From positions 1-57,974 of the forward strand of contig JACPZB010000085.1 in the NCBI GenBank assembly GCA_016195725.1: 57,974 nucleotides of DNA, given 5' to 3'. Below the pieces are notes generated by a model. The model saw nothing but the letters and a program-made list of their open reading frames with translations. It was not told where the DNA came from and did not search any database. Source of the DNA: Deltaproteobacteria bacterium (lineage in GTDB: Bacteria; Desulfobacterota; GWC2-55-46; UBA9637). The translations under genes and the position numbers were made by a program. How positions within the stretch are numbered: position 1 is the first letter of the stretch; the number at the start of each line of letters is the position of its first letter. Of this stretch, positions 16,063 through 24,963 are shown one piece after another.

Positions 16063-16914
16063 ATGAAAAGGGTAGGGATTATCGCAAAGCTGAACAAGCC
16101 AGAGGCTGTCAGGATAAGCCATGATGTTATAAAATGGCTTTCTGAAAAAGGAATAGAAATATATCTGGATACTGAACTTGCCGCCAAGCTGAACTATTCA
16201 AAAAGCTATTCAGCGGCAGAACTGCCAGGTTTGGTAGAATTGATGATTGTCCTGGGCGGGGACGGAACAATGCTTTACACGGTCCGATTGATTGGCGATA
16301 AAAAAACTCCGATTCTCGGTATTAACCTCGGCAGTCTTGGTTTTCTTACAGCCATCACAATAAAAGAGATTTATCCTATATTGGAGAAGGTTATAAATGA
16401 TGATTTTGAAACAGAGGAAAGGATGATGCTTTCTATTCACATACATAGTGAGGGCGGGAAGGTGTCAAAATATGCTGTCCTGAATGATGCTGTTATAAAG
16501 GGGACGTTAGCAAGGCTTATAAGTCTTGAGGCGCGTATTAATAAAGAATATGTTACAACCTACAGGGCAGACGGTCTTATTGTCTCTACACCAACAGGCT
16601 CAACTGCATATTCCCTTTCGGCAGGGGGACCAATACTTCATCCAACAATCCACTCCATTATTGTGGCCCCGATATGCCCGTTTACCTTAACCAATCGACC
16701 TGTTGTTATACCTGACTGGATGACTATTGAGATACTTCTTAAGACCGGCCAGCGCAATGTCCTTTTAACGTTAGACGGTCAGGTTGACATTTCGCTGAAG
16801 GGAGGGGATGTAATTGAGGTAAAGAGGGCCGAGGCCAGCATCTATCTTGTAAAATGTCCGGGCAAGAGCTATTTTGATATATTGAGGGAAAGGCTCATGT
16901 GGGGAGGGAAGTAA
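16063..16914 (+). CDS. nadK: NAD+ kinase
   Basis: VLGGDGTML, the NLGSLGFLT motif, and STPTGSTAYSLSAGGPI. Confidence 0.93.
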   Translation: MKRVGIIAKLNKPEAVRISHDVIKWLSEKGIEIYLDTELAAKLNYSKSYSAAELPGLVELMIVLGGDGTMLYTVRLIGDKKTPILGINLGSLGFLTAITIKEIYPILEKVINDDFETEERMMLSIHIHSEGGKVSKYAVLNDAVIKGTLARLISLEARINKEYVTTYRADGLIVSTPTGSTAYSLSAGGPILHPTIHSIIVAPICPFTLTNRPVVIPDWMTIEILLKTGQRNVLLTLDGQVDISLKGGDVIEVKRAEASIYLVKCPGKSYFDILRERLMWGGK

Positions 16915-16932
16915 AAAGGCAGAATGCAGTAG

Positions 16933-16991
16933 CCAGGAGCCAGCATTCAGAATAAAGAAGGCGAGTTTTCATTCTGACTACTGACTCCTGA
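16933..16991. repeat. Word-stutter inverted repeat (CAGAAT/CAGGAG words) between nadK and recN
   Basis: CCAGGAGCCAGCATTCAGAAT (16933-16953) pairs with ATTCTGACTACTGACTCCTGA (16971-16991). 17 of 21 positions are complementary. Confidence 0.7.
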
Positions 16992-17008
16992 ATTCTGTAT
17001 TCTTTTTT

Positions 17009-18691
17009 ATGCTATTAGAGCTCAATATAAAAGATTTTGCAATAATTGACAACCTGCAGATATCTTTTGGCAAGGGGCTGAATATCCTTACCGGTGAGAC
17101 AGGGGCAGGTAAATCAATCATAGTGGATGCAGTTAAGCTTATCCTTGGCGACAGGGCGTCTGCAGATGATATACGATCATCAAAGGATGAGGCGGTCATA
17201 GAGGCTATGCTTGATTCAGCCTCCTGTAAAGGCATAGCAACGTTGTTGGAGACAGCAGGACTACAAAATGATGAGAATCTTGTCATAAGGCGAATCATAT
17301 CCCGTTCAGGCAAGAACAAGGTTTTTATAAACGGCAGCATGGCAAATCTTGCCATGCTGCAGGACATAGGCAGCCGCATTATAGATATATACGGACAGCA
17401 TGAGCATCAGTCATTGACAAGGTCTGAGGAACATATTGATATTTTAGACGGTTTCGGCAACCTTATGCCGCTCAGGCAGGAGTTTGCCGGTATTTATAAA
17501 GAATACGCCTTAATCAAATCAGAGCTTGACAATCTTACTTTAGACAGCCAGAGGCTTGTTGAAAAACAGGATTTTCTAAACTTCCAGTCCAATGAGATAG
17601 AGGCCGCTGGGCTTAAGGCAGGCGAAGACGAGGAACTCAAAAAAGAAAAGGAAATACTTGCAAATGCAGAAAAACTCTTTGAGGCGTCTAACAGCGGCCA
17701 TGATATCTTGTATGCAGCCAGCGGGGCAGTATTGGAAAGAGTTGGTCATGTATTGAACAAATTGAAGGATGTGTCAAGATTTGATCAAAGGCTTAAACCA
17801 ACCATAGAAACTTTAGAGACTGCTATCTCTCAACTGGAAGATGCCGCATCATTTTTAAGAGATTATAGCCAGGACATAAGCTTTGAGCCACGCAGGCTTG
17901 AAGAGGTTGATAACAGGCTTGATACCATAAACAAACTCAAGAAGAAATACGGACAGACAATTGATGCTATTTTGCAGAAAAAGGAAGAGGTGGACAGAGA
18001 GCTGGATAATATCATCCATCACGATGAAAAAATTACGGAGTTGCAAGAGAAATTAGAGAGCGCAAAAGAAAATCTCATTAAATTATCCAAAAGGCTCTCT
18101 GAAAAGAGGATAGATGCGGCAAAACTTCTCAAAAAGAAGATAGAGACTGAGCTTTCTGACCTCAATATGAAAAAGACTGTTTTTGAGGTGCGTATAGAAA
18201 AGAATAAAGATATAAACGGAGATTTTATATTGGGCGAGAAGGGGGTAGACAGGGTTGAGTTTTTCATATCTCCGAATATTGGCGAAGAGCCAAAGCCTCT
18301 GTCAAAGATTGCATCAGGCGGTGAGCTGTCAAGGATCATGCTTGCCATTAAGCGGATAACAACAACCGGCAAAATACCAGTCCTGATATTTGACGAGGTG
18401 GATGCAGGCATAGGTGGCGGCACAGCAGAGGTTGTGGGCAGGAAATTAAAAGAGGTTTCAAAGAATCATCAGGTCCTCTGCATCACCCATCTTCCGCAGA
18501 TTGCCGCATATGCCGATACTCACTATTCTGTTTCAAAAGAGGTGCGTGGAGGAAGGACAGTCGCGGGAGTCAAAGAGCTTAAGGCCGATGAAAGGGTTGC
18601 AGAGCTTTCCAGAATGCTGGGCGGAGTCAAGATAACCGACAAGACAAAGGAACATGCGATAGAGATGCTGGAGAATGCAAGAAAGGAATAG
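17009..18691 (+). CDS. recN: DNA repair protein RecN
   Basis: N-terminal Walker A GETGAGKSII, a long coiled-coil middle, C-terminal ASGGELSRIMLA and LIFDEVDAGIGG. Confidence 0.94.
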   Translation: MLLELNIKDFAIIDNLQISFGKGLNILTGETGAGKSIIVDAVKLILGDRASADDIRSSKDEAVIEAMLDSASCKGIATLLETAGLQNDENLVIRRIISRSGKNKVFINGSMANLAMLQDIGSRIIDIYGQHEHQSLTRSEEHIDILDGFGNLMPLRQEFAGIYKEYALIKSELDNLTLDSQRLVEKQDFLNFQSNEIEAAGLKAGEDEELKKEKEILANAEKLFEASNSGHDILYAASGAVLERVGHVLNKLKDVSRFDQRLKPTIETLETAISQLEDAASFLRDYSQDISFEPRRLEEVDNRLDTINKLKKKYGQTIDAILQKKEEVDRELDNIIHHDEKITELQEKLESAKENLIKLSKRLSEKRIDAAKLLKKKIETELSDLNMKKTVFEVRIEKNKDINGDFILGEKGVDRVEFFISPNIGEEPKPLSKIASGGELSRIMLAIKRITTTGKIPVLIFDEVDAGIGGGTAEVVGRKLKEVSKNHQVLCITHLPQIAAYADTHYSVSKEVRGGRTVAGVKELKADERVAELSRMLGGVKITDKTKEHAIEMLENARKE

Positions 18692-18794
18692 ATGAAGTCT
18701 AAATAACCCCTCCCGCCATCCCCTTGTATAAAAATGAGGAACATAAAATTTTGCTTTACAAAAATATATGATGGGCGTAAGTTTTAGATAAAGT

Positions 18795-18881
18795 ATGGAT
18801 GCGAAACTACAGATTGATTACTGGCTCGAATCTGCTGCCCATGACATGGAAGTAGCAGATACGCTTTTCAGAAAGGAAAGT
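18795..18881 (+). pseudogene. N-terminal remnant (~28 aa) of a HEPN-domain gene, truncated at the REP boundary
   Basis: MDAKLQIDYWLESAAHDMEVADTLFRKE matches the first helix pair of HEPN proteins. The reading frame then runs straight into the REP doublet at 18882. Confidence 0.55.
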
Positions 18882-19705
18882 GAAAGGGGACGGTTCTATT
18901 TGTTGAAAGGGGACGGTTCTATTTTATTGACAACCGCGTAAACTATGATAGACTTTACCCATGCCAAGAACAGCAAGGATAGCGCCAAAGGAATATATCT
19001 ATCACACACTAACAAGGGGAAATAACCGTCAGGATATTTTCCGGGAACAAAGCGACCATGAAAAGTATCGTGAGATACTTCGGAAATATAAAGATAAATA
19101 CAAATTCAAACTCTATCACTATGTATTTATGACCAATCATATTCATCTTGTCATTGAGCCAACAAAAGAAGGCGGAAATCTTGCCGAGATAATGAAGGGG
19201 ATAAATCTATCCTATGCCCAATATTACAAATGCAAATACAACCATATAGGGCATTTCTGGCAGGATAGATACAAGAGCATCATAATATCAAGAGACAACT
19301 ACTTGCTTGCCTGTGGAAGTTATGTAGAACTAAACCCTGTAAGGGCAAAGATAGTAGAAGACCCGAAAGATTACAAGTGGAGCAGTTACAATATCTATGC
19401 CTATGGCAAAAAAGACCCGCTGACAGATGAACACCCTATTTATAAAGAACTCTCTAAAAACGAAACGGAGCGAAGAAAAAAATACAGAGAGTTTGTAAAA
19501 GGGATGCTGAAAGAGAAAAAGGCGATGAAGGGCGAAATGGAGAAAAGGGTGATATATGGCAGCGAAGGTTTTACAGAGAAAGTAAAGAAAGACTATGAGG
19601 TAGAAGAAGTAATAAGGCCAAAAGGGAGACCAAAGAAAGGCAGGGAAGGGATTAAATAGAACCGTCCCCTTTTCTGCTTTTAGAACCGTCCCCTTTTCTG
19701 CTTTT
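18882..19705 (+). mobile_element. REPtron-like unit: a REP-associated tyrosine transposase (RAYT) flanked by inverted REP doublets
   Basis: The left side has two copies of GAAAGGGGACGGTTCTATTT (18882-18901, 18905-18925). The right side has two copies of the reverse complement, TAGAACCGTCCCCTTTTC (19657-19675, 19681-19699). Confidence 0.8.
18961..19659 (+). CDS. IS200/IS605-like Y1 transposase of the REP-associated (RAYT/TnpA-REP) type
   Basis: YHTLTRGNNRQDIF, the HUH motif TNHIHLVIEP, HFWQDRYKS and LLACGSYVELNPVRAKIVEDPKDYKWSSY. A putative TTGACA-16-TAGACT promoter at 18927-18954 ends only 6 nt before the ATG, so the transcript may be leaderless. Confidence 0.88.
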   Translation: MPRTARIAPKEYIYHTLTRGNNRQDIFREQSDHEKYREILRKYKDKYKFKLYHYVFMTNHIHLVIEPTKEGGNLAEIMKGINLSYAQYYKCKYNHIGHFWQDRYKSIIISRDNYLLACGSYVELNPVRAKIVEDPKDYKWSSYNIYAYGKKDPLTDEHPIYKELSKNETERRKKYREFVKGMLKEKKAMKGEMEKRVIYGSEGFTEKVKKDYEVEEVIRPKGRPKKGREGIK

Positions 19706-19795
19706 CTGCTTCTTTTCTGCTTTTTTCTGCTTTTCTGCCTTTTCTGCCTGTCCCCTTTTCTTTTTTTTCTTTCTCTTTTCTTTTCTCAATAATAT
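19671..19795. repeat. Polypyrimidine tract built on degenerate (CTTTTCTG)n octamers
   Basis: TTTCTGCTTTT...CTTTTCTGCTTTTCTGCTTCTTTTCTGCTTTTTTCTGCTTTTCTGCCTTTTCTGCC... continuing into TTTTCTTTTTTTTCTTTCTCTTTTCTTTTCTC. The + strand contains almost no A. Confidence 0.8.
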
Positions 19796-19819
19796 CGTAA
19801 CTCCCTATGTTGGGTAAAC

Positions 19820-20986
19820 CTATTTCGCTCTTTTCACACCAAATAGAACAAAAGCCAGCATGGCTGTTACTGTCCCATAAAGGAATGTCGCCTCAGGGCC
19901 TATCTTATCCCATAATGCGCCTGCTATAATGCTTGCAGGCAAAAGAGCCATTCCAACTGCCATATGATAAATTCCGAATGCAGTTGCCTTTCTTTCAGGC
20001 GGCGCAAGGCTTGCGAGATATGCCCTCTGTGTGCCTTCGCTCATGCCTTTGAAGAGACCATACAAAATAAACAAGCCCAGTATCTGATATTGATTGGCAA
20101 CAAAGGCAAGCCCTGCATAGATACCAGCGTAGAATAGAAAGCTAAAGAGTATCATCTTTTTCATGCCAATCTTATCCGCCAGCATACCAAGAGGAGTCGA
20201 GGATAAAGAGTATACAAGATTGAAGATGAGATAAATAATCGGGATAAATTCTTTTGGCACGCCTACATTTTCAGCCCTGAGTATCAGGAATGCGTCGCTT
20301 GAGTTGCCGATGGAGAAGATAAAGATTACAAGGATATAAAATCTAAAATTGCCGTTAAAGTCCTTTATTGTAAGTTTTGGAATGGCTGCAGCTTCTCTTT
20401 TATGCGCCTTCTCTGTTATGAAAAATATTATTAAAATGACCGAAATGATGCCGGGGATAACTGACAGCCAGAATACGAGCCTAAAGTTATTCAAAAACAG
20501 CGCTAGCACAAAAAATGCTATTGCAGGGCCTATGACTGCGCCTAATGTATCCATAGCCCTGTGAAATCCGAATGCCTTGCCGAGGTTGTTGTTTTCTACA
20601 GAATCTGCAATGATAGCATCCCTCGGCGCTGTGCGAACTCCTTTGCCGAACCTGTCAACAAATCTTGCTGTCAGCACCTCTCCCCAACTTACAGAGATTG
20701 CCATTATCGGCCTGCTCAGGACTGATACGCCGTATCCAAGGCCCATCAAAAGCTTTCGCTTACCTAATCTATCTGAAAGCCAGCCTGAAAATACCTTTAA
20801 TATGCTGGCTGTTGATTCGGCAATCCCTTCTATAATGCCTACAGTTGCCTTGCTTGCACCCAGAACCGTTGTAAGAAATATTGGCAGAATGGGATATATC
20901 ATTTCAGAAGATATATCCATAAACAGGCTTACAAGCCCTGCTACGAATACATTCTTTGAAAAACCGAGGATTTTTTTGTCAGACAT
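19820..20986 (-). CDS. MFS transporter
   Basis: 388 aa with about 12 TM helices. GWLSDRLGKRK matches the MFS loop 2-3 signature. Confidence 0.8.
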   Translation of the reverse strand: MSDKKILGFSKNVFVAGLVSLFMDISSEMIYPILPIFLTTVLGASKATVGIIEGIAESTASILKVFSGWLSDRLGKRKLLMGLGYGVSVLSRPIMAISVSWGEVLTARFVDRFGKGVRTAPRDAIIADSVENNNLGKAFGFHRAMDTLGAVIGPAIAFFVLALFLNNFRLVFWLSVIPGIISVILIIFFITEKAHKREAAAIPKLTIKDFNGNFRFYILVIFIFSIGNSSDAFLILRAENVGVPKEFIPIIYLIFNLVYSLSSTPLGMLADKIGMKKMILFSFLFYAGIYAGLAFVANQYQILGLFILYGLFKGMSEGTQRAYLASLAPPERKATAFGIYHMAVGMALLPASIIAGALWDKIGPEATFLYGTVTAMLAFVLFGVKRAK

Positions 20987-21075
20987 ATTAGTTTGATTTG
21001 TAACTGATTTTCAAATATATTGCAAGTGATTATAGTATCATTAAAAAATTGTTTTAGTAATTGCTTAAATTTATA

Positions 21076-21104
21076 TTGACTCACATATTGTAGCGGTGTA
21101 TAAA
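21076..21104 (+). promoter_or_regulatory. Putative sigma70 promoter with a TG-extended -10
   Basis: TTGACT (21076-21081), 17 nt ending in TAGCGGTG, then TATAAA (21099-21104). Confidence 0.45.
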
Positions 21105-21112
21105 TATGCACA

Positions 21113-21490
21113 ATGGAGGCTCAATGGGCAAATAAAAATGGCAGCATAAGTATCAGCACCCTCATTTGGATTTTTTTAATAGCAGTTGCAGTTTATCTTG
21201 GCATAAAATTTGTTCCTCCCTATTTTAATTATTATATGTTTAAGGTTGAGGTTGAGGCAGAGGCAGGGACAGCATATTTACATCATGACCATGATGTAAT
21301 AAGACATATTATGGAGAAGGTTAAGGAGTCGGAGCTTCCAATTGATGACAAAGATATAATCATAGAAAGAAGAGAGAATACGATAGAGATTTCCATAAAC
21401 TATAAGATAGAATTAAATTTTTTCAATAGCTATTATAAAACGCTTTATTTTAATATAGATGCGATTAAACCAATCAAGGCTAAGCAATAA
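21113..21490 (+). CDS. Small membrane-anchored hypothetical protein
   Basis: 125 aa with one N-terminal TM helix (ISTLIWIFLIAVAVYLGIKF). The start codon lies very close to the promoter, so the start is uncertain. Confidence 0.5.
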   Translation: MEAQWANKNGSISISTLIWIFLIAVAVYLGIKFVPPYFNYYMFKVEVEAEAGTAYLHHDHDVIRHIMEKVKESELPIDDKDIIIERRENTIEISINYKIELNFFNSYYKTLYFNIDAIKPIKAKQ

Positions 21491-21493
21491 GAT

Positions 21494-21610
21494 TTACCCT
21501 TTTAATTTGGCCCGGTGAGGTTAAGAAAGGGAATAAAAATGGAAAAGTTATATAATTTGGACCATAGAAATACCCCCTTGTCAGATTGATAGGCAAGGGG
21601 GTATTTTTTT
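21494..21610 (+). promoter_or_regulatory. PyrR-dependent transcription attenuator: binding-loop hairpin plus intrinsic terminator
   Basis: GGCCCGGUGAGGUUAAGAAAGG closely resembles the PyrR binding-loop consensus (UCCAGAGAGGCU..AGAAGG) and is closed by CCCTTT/AAAGGG. The terminator ATACCCCCTTG(21570-21580)/CAAGGGGGTAT(21594-21604) plus T7 lies directly upstream of pyrR. Confidence 0.75.
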
Positions 21611-21625
21611 ACGTAAGGAATAAGT

Positions 21626-22159
21626 ATGAGTATAAAGAATATCATAGATGCAAAAGCCATAGAAAGGGCTCTTACGAGAATAGCTCACGAGATTATTGAA
21701 AAGAACAAGGGGCTTGAAGATATTGTCATACTTGGCATCCCAACCCGCGGCGTACATATTGCCAAGAGGCTAAGAGATATATTAGAAGCTACTGAAGGTG
21801 TTCATCTGCCGGTTGGCAGTGTTGATGCAACGCTTTATAGGGACGATATTGGTATGAAGCAAGATCAGCCAATGTTAAAAGAAACAGATATACCTGTCTC
21901 AATTGATAATAAAAAGATTATTATCATTGATGATGTGTTGTTTACCGGCAGGACAATCAGGGCTGCCATGAATGTGATCATGGATTTCGGCAGGCCAGCC
22001 AATATCCAGTTGGCTGTTTTAATTGACAGGGGGCATAGAGAACTGCCTATAAGGCCTGATTATGTAGGTAAAAATGTGCCAACCTCAATGCAGGAGAAGG
22101 TAAAGGTGCGCTTGAAAGAGATAGATGGCGCAGATGAGGTGGTTGTAGAGGCAGAATGA
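21626..22159 (+). CDS. pyrR: Bifunctional pyrimidine operon regulator / uracil phosphoribosyltransferase PyrR
   Basis: The PRPP-binding loop IIIIDDVLFTGRTIRAA and RELPIRPDYVGKN. 177 aa. Confidence 0.93.
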   Translation: MSIKNIIDAKAIERALTRIAHEIIEKNKGLEDIVILGIPTRGVHIAKRLRDILEATEGVHLPVGSVDATLYRDDIGMKQDQPMLKETDIPVSIDNKKIIIIDDVLFTGRTIRAAMNVIMDFGRPANIQLAVLIDRGHRELPIRPDYVGKNVPTSMQEKVKVRLKEIDGADEVVVEAE

Positions 22160-22221
22160 AACTCAAATCTCAAAGTAGGTAAAGATTGAGCTTACGCACC
22201 AAAACTCAAAACTACAACCTT

Positions 22222-22268
22222 ATAACTCAAAACTAAAAAAACATTTTAGTTTGAAGGTTTTGAGTTAT
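22222..22268. repeat. Word-stutter hairpin (ACTCAAAAC words) between pyrR and pyrB
   Basis: ATAACTCAAAAC (22222-22233) pairs with GTTTTGAGTTAT (22257-22268), a perfect 12 bp. There is an inner AAACTAAAA/TTTTAGTTT pairing. No U-tract follows. Confidence 0.8.
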
Positions 22269-22303
22269 AGTTTTGACATTTGACTTTTGAGTTTTGAGTT
22301 CAA

Positions 22304-23236
22304 GTGATTATGAGACTCAAGAGAAAAGATATATTAACCATTGAAGATCTTACCAGAGATGAGATAGAGCTTATTTTATCTACCGCCGGGTCTTTTAGAG
22401 AGGTGTCTGAAAGGGAAATTAAGAAGGTTCCTACCTTAAGGGGGAGGACCATCATAAACCTCTTTTATGAGGCATCCACAAGGACAAGGACATCTTTTGA
22501 AATTGCCGCGAAGAGGATGAGCGCCGATGCAATAAATATTTCTGCATCATCAAGCAGCGTTGTAAAAGGGGAGACATTAAAAGATACCGCAAAAAATCTT
22601 GAGGCAATGAATCCTGATTGTATTGTTCTGAGACACCCTTCAAGCGGCGCGCCTGATATGCTTGCAAGGTTTGTAAAATGCCCTGTTATAAATGCAGGGG
22701 ATGGCAGCCATGAGCATCCGAGTCAGGCGCTTCTCGATTTATTAACGATTAAGGAAAAATTGGGCAGAATAGACGGATTGAAGATTACGATAGTTGGGGA
22801 TATAGCCCATAGCAGAGTGGCAAGAAGCAACATATATGGTTTTACAAAGCTTGGTGCAAAGGTGAATGTTGTTGCAGCGCCTACAATGATGCCGATGGGG
22901 ATTGAGGAGATGGGATGCACTATAATCAATAGGGTAGAAGATGCAATAAGTGTTGCAGATGTGATTATGATATTAAGGGTTCAACTGGAAAGGCATAAGG
23001 TGCCCCTTTTCCCGAGCTTGAGGGAATATTCAAGACTTTTTGGCTTAGATAAGGAAAAGATGGAAAGGGCAAAAAAGGATGTTGTTATATTGCATCCAGG
23101 GCCGATAAATAGAGGTGTGGAAATATCACCTGAGATTGCTGATGGACCGTATTCCCTTATTTTAGATCAGGTAAAAAATGGTGTGGCTGTGAGGATGGCG
23201 CTCTTTTATCTGTTGTTAGGAGGCGGTCGTGAATAA
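22304..23236 (+). CDS. pyrB: Aspartate carbamoyltransferase catalytic subunit
   Basis: [22 protein letters not shown] and the RMALFYLL tail. The start could be GTG 22304 or ATG 22310. Confidence 0.94.
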   Translation: MIMRLKRKDILTIEDLTRDEIELILSTAGSFREVSEREIKKVPTLRGRTIINLFYEASTRTRTSFEIAAKRMSADAINISASSSSVVKGETLKDTAKNLEAMNPDCIVLRHPSSGAPDMLARFVKCPVINAGDGSHEHPSQALLDLLTIKEKLGRIDGLKITIVGDIAHSRVARSNIYGFTKLGAKVNVVAAPTMMPMGIEEMGCTIINRVEDAISVADVIMILRVQLERHKVPLFPSLREYSRLFGLDKEKMERAKKDVVILHPGPINRGVEISPEIADGPYSLILDQVKNGVAVRMALFYLLLGGGRE

Positions 23237-24542
23237 GTTGTTAATTAAAGGTGGAAGGGTAATTGACCCGGTTAACAATATTGATAGTTTATTTGATATT
23301 TATTCAATAGGCGGTAAGATTGCTGCTGTAAAACCTGCAATCCCCACTAACCCCCCTTTAGAAAAGGGGGGGAGGGAGGATTTGAATGATTTGACCGTAA
23401 TAGACGCAACAGGTTTGGTTGTCTGCCCCGGTTTTATTGATATGCATACGCATTTAAGGGAGCCCGGCTATGAATATAAAGAGACTATACAGACCGGCAC
23501 AATGGCTGCGGCAGCAGGAGGGTTTACATCAATTGCGTGCATGGCGAATACGGATCCTGTAAACGATAATGCATCGGTTACAAGATACATACTTAAGAAG
23601 GCTCAAGAACAAGGCGCTGTCAATGTATATCCTGTCGGCGCGGTAAGCAAGGGTTTGAAAGGAGAGGCATTGGCTGAGATTGGCGAGCTCAAAGAGGCTG
23701 GATGTGCAGCAATTTCTGATGACGGGAGGCCTGTCATGAACAGCGGTTTCATGAGATTGGCCATGGAATATGCAAAAACCTTTAACCTCTTAGTTATTAG
23801 CCATTGTGAAGATACAGGACTTTCTTCTGAGGGCGTGATGAATGAGGGTTGGATTGCAACGAAGCTCGGATTAAAGGGCATACCCAATTGTGCTGAAGAT
23901 ATTATGGCGGCTCGGGATATTGTCCTGTCAGCGCTCACTAATTGCAGACTGCATATTGCGCATATAAGCACCGCAGGTTCTGTTGAGCTTGTTAGGATAG
24001 CAAAGGCTAAAGGTCTGAATGTGACAGCAGAGGCTGCGCCCCACCACTTTACATTGTCAGATGAGGCTGTTATCGGTTATAATACCAATGCTAAAATGAG
24101 TCCGCCTCTGAGGGGCAAAGACGATATAGAGGCATTGAGGCAAGGGCTTAAGCACGGGACAATAGATGTTATTGCAACCGACCACGCGCCTCAGGCGCTT
24201 GTTGAAAAGGATGTTGAGTTTGATAAAGCGTCAAATGGCATCATTGGATTAGAAACTGCATTGCCGTTATCGTTAAGGCTTGTTCATGATAATGTTTTAG
24301 ACTTGTCGGGTTTGATTAAAAAGATGTCTGTGAACCCAGCCATGCTCCTTGGGCTTGATGCCAAGGGGACATTAAAAGTTGGGGCTGATGCTGATATAAC
24401 AATTATTGATTTGAATAAAGAATGGATTGTCAATGCCAAAGAATTAAAATCAAAAAGCAGGAATACTCCGTTTGACGGATGGAAGATGAAGGGACGGGTT
24501 GTAAAGACGATTGTGGCAGGGAAGGTAGTTTATGAAGCATGA
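23229..24542 (+). CDS. pyrC: Dihydroorotase (carrying an in-frame palindromic-element insertion near the N-terminus)
   Basis: [19 protein letters not shown] and [11 protein letters not shown]. Overlaps pyrB by 8 nt. Confidence 0.93.
   Translation: MNKLLIKGGRVIDPVNNIDSLFDIYSIGGKIAAVKPAIPTNPPLEKGGREDLNDLTVIDATGLVVCPGFIDMHTHLREPGYEYKETIQTGTMAAAAGGFTSIACMANTDPVNDNASVTRYILKKAQEQGAVNVYPVGAVSKGLKGEALAEIGELKEAGCAAISDDGRPVMNSGFMRLAMEYAKTFNLLVISHCEDTGLSSEGVMNEGWIATKLGLKGIPNCAEDIMAARDIVLSALTNCRLHIAHISTAGSVELVRIAKAKGLNVTAEAAPHHFTLSDEAVIGYNTNAKMSPPLRGKDDIEALRQGLKHGTIDVIATDHAPQALVEKDVEFDKASNGIIGLETALPLSLRLVHDNVLDLSGLIKKMSVNPAMLLGLDAKGTLKVGADADITIIDLNKEWIVNAKELKSKSRNTPFDGWKMKGRVVKTIVAGKVVYEA
23339..23383. 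repeat. C5/G5 palindromic mini-element, in-frame copy inside pyrC
   Basis: AATCCCCACTAACCCCCCTTTAGAAAAGGGGGGGAGGGAGGATTT. It is homologous to 44-91 and encodes [15 protein letters not shown]. Confidence 0.8.
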
Positions 24543-24963
24543 GATAATAAAACTTTTACAGCCATATTTTGAGAAAAGAGATGACATTATTATGGCCTTT
24601 CTCTTCGGTTCATGGGCAAGCGATAAAGGGGGAATGGAATCGGATGTTGATGTGGCAGTCTATTTCAAACCTAAGACAGGCAGGCTTGAATGGGAAGATG
24701 CTGATGCGAGGTATGACGGGGAAGCTGTTTTGTGGCGAGAGATAGAGGGGCTTTTAGGCAGAGAGGTTGATCTGCTGGTTCTCAACAGGGCTGCATCGGG
24801 CATTGCTGAAAGTGCCATAAGCGGTATGCCTGTTATTATAAAGGACAGGGACTTGTATATGGACTTTATGATGAAGGTAACATCCGAGGCTGCGGACTAC
24901 AGGGAATTTGTTATGAGTTACTGGAAATTGAAAGAGGAGATGAGGACGCATGCTTGCAAATAG
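24532..24963 (+). CDS. mntA: MntA-type minimal nucleotidyltransferase (type VII antitoxin)
   Basis: [22 protein letters not shown] carries the GS...DxD NTase motif. It overlaps pyrC by 11 nt and hepT by 14 nt. Confidence 0.85.
   Translation: MKHEIIKLLQPYFEKRDDIIMAFLFGSWASDKGGMESDVDVAVYFKPKTGRLEWEDADARYDGEAVLWREIEGLLGREVDLLVLNRAASGIAESAISGMPVIIKDRDLYMDFMMKVTSEAADYREFVMSYWKLKEEMRTHACK

Noticed and set aside
19671-19795. Possible CRISPR array, suggested by the repeated CTTTTCTG units
   Set aside because: The units are 8 nt, directly abutting and degenerate, with no unique spacers. This is a simple polypyrimidine tandem repeat. No cas genes are nearby.
22160-22303. A second PyrR attenuator between pyrR and pyrB
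   Set aside because: No PyrR binding-loop sequence is present and no U-tract follows the hairpin. The sequence belongs to the ACTCAAAAC stutter-repeat family also seen after lpxB.
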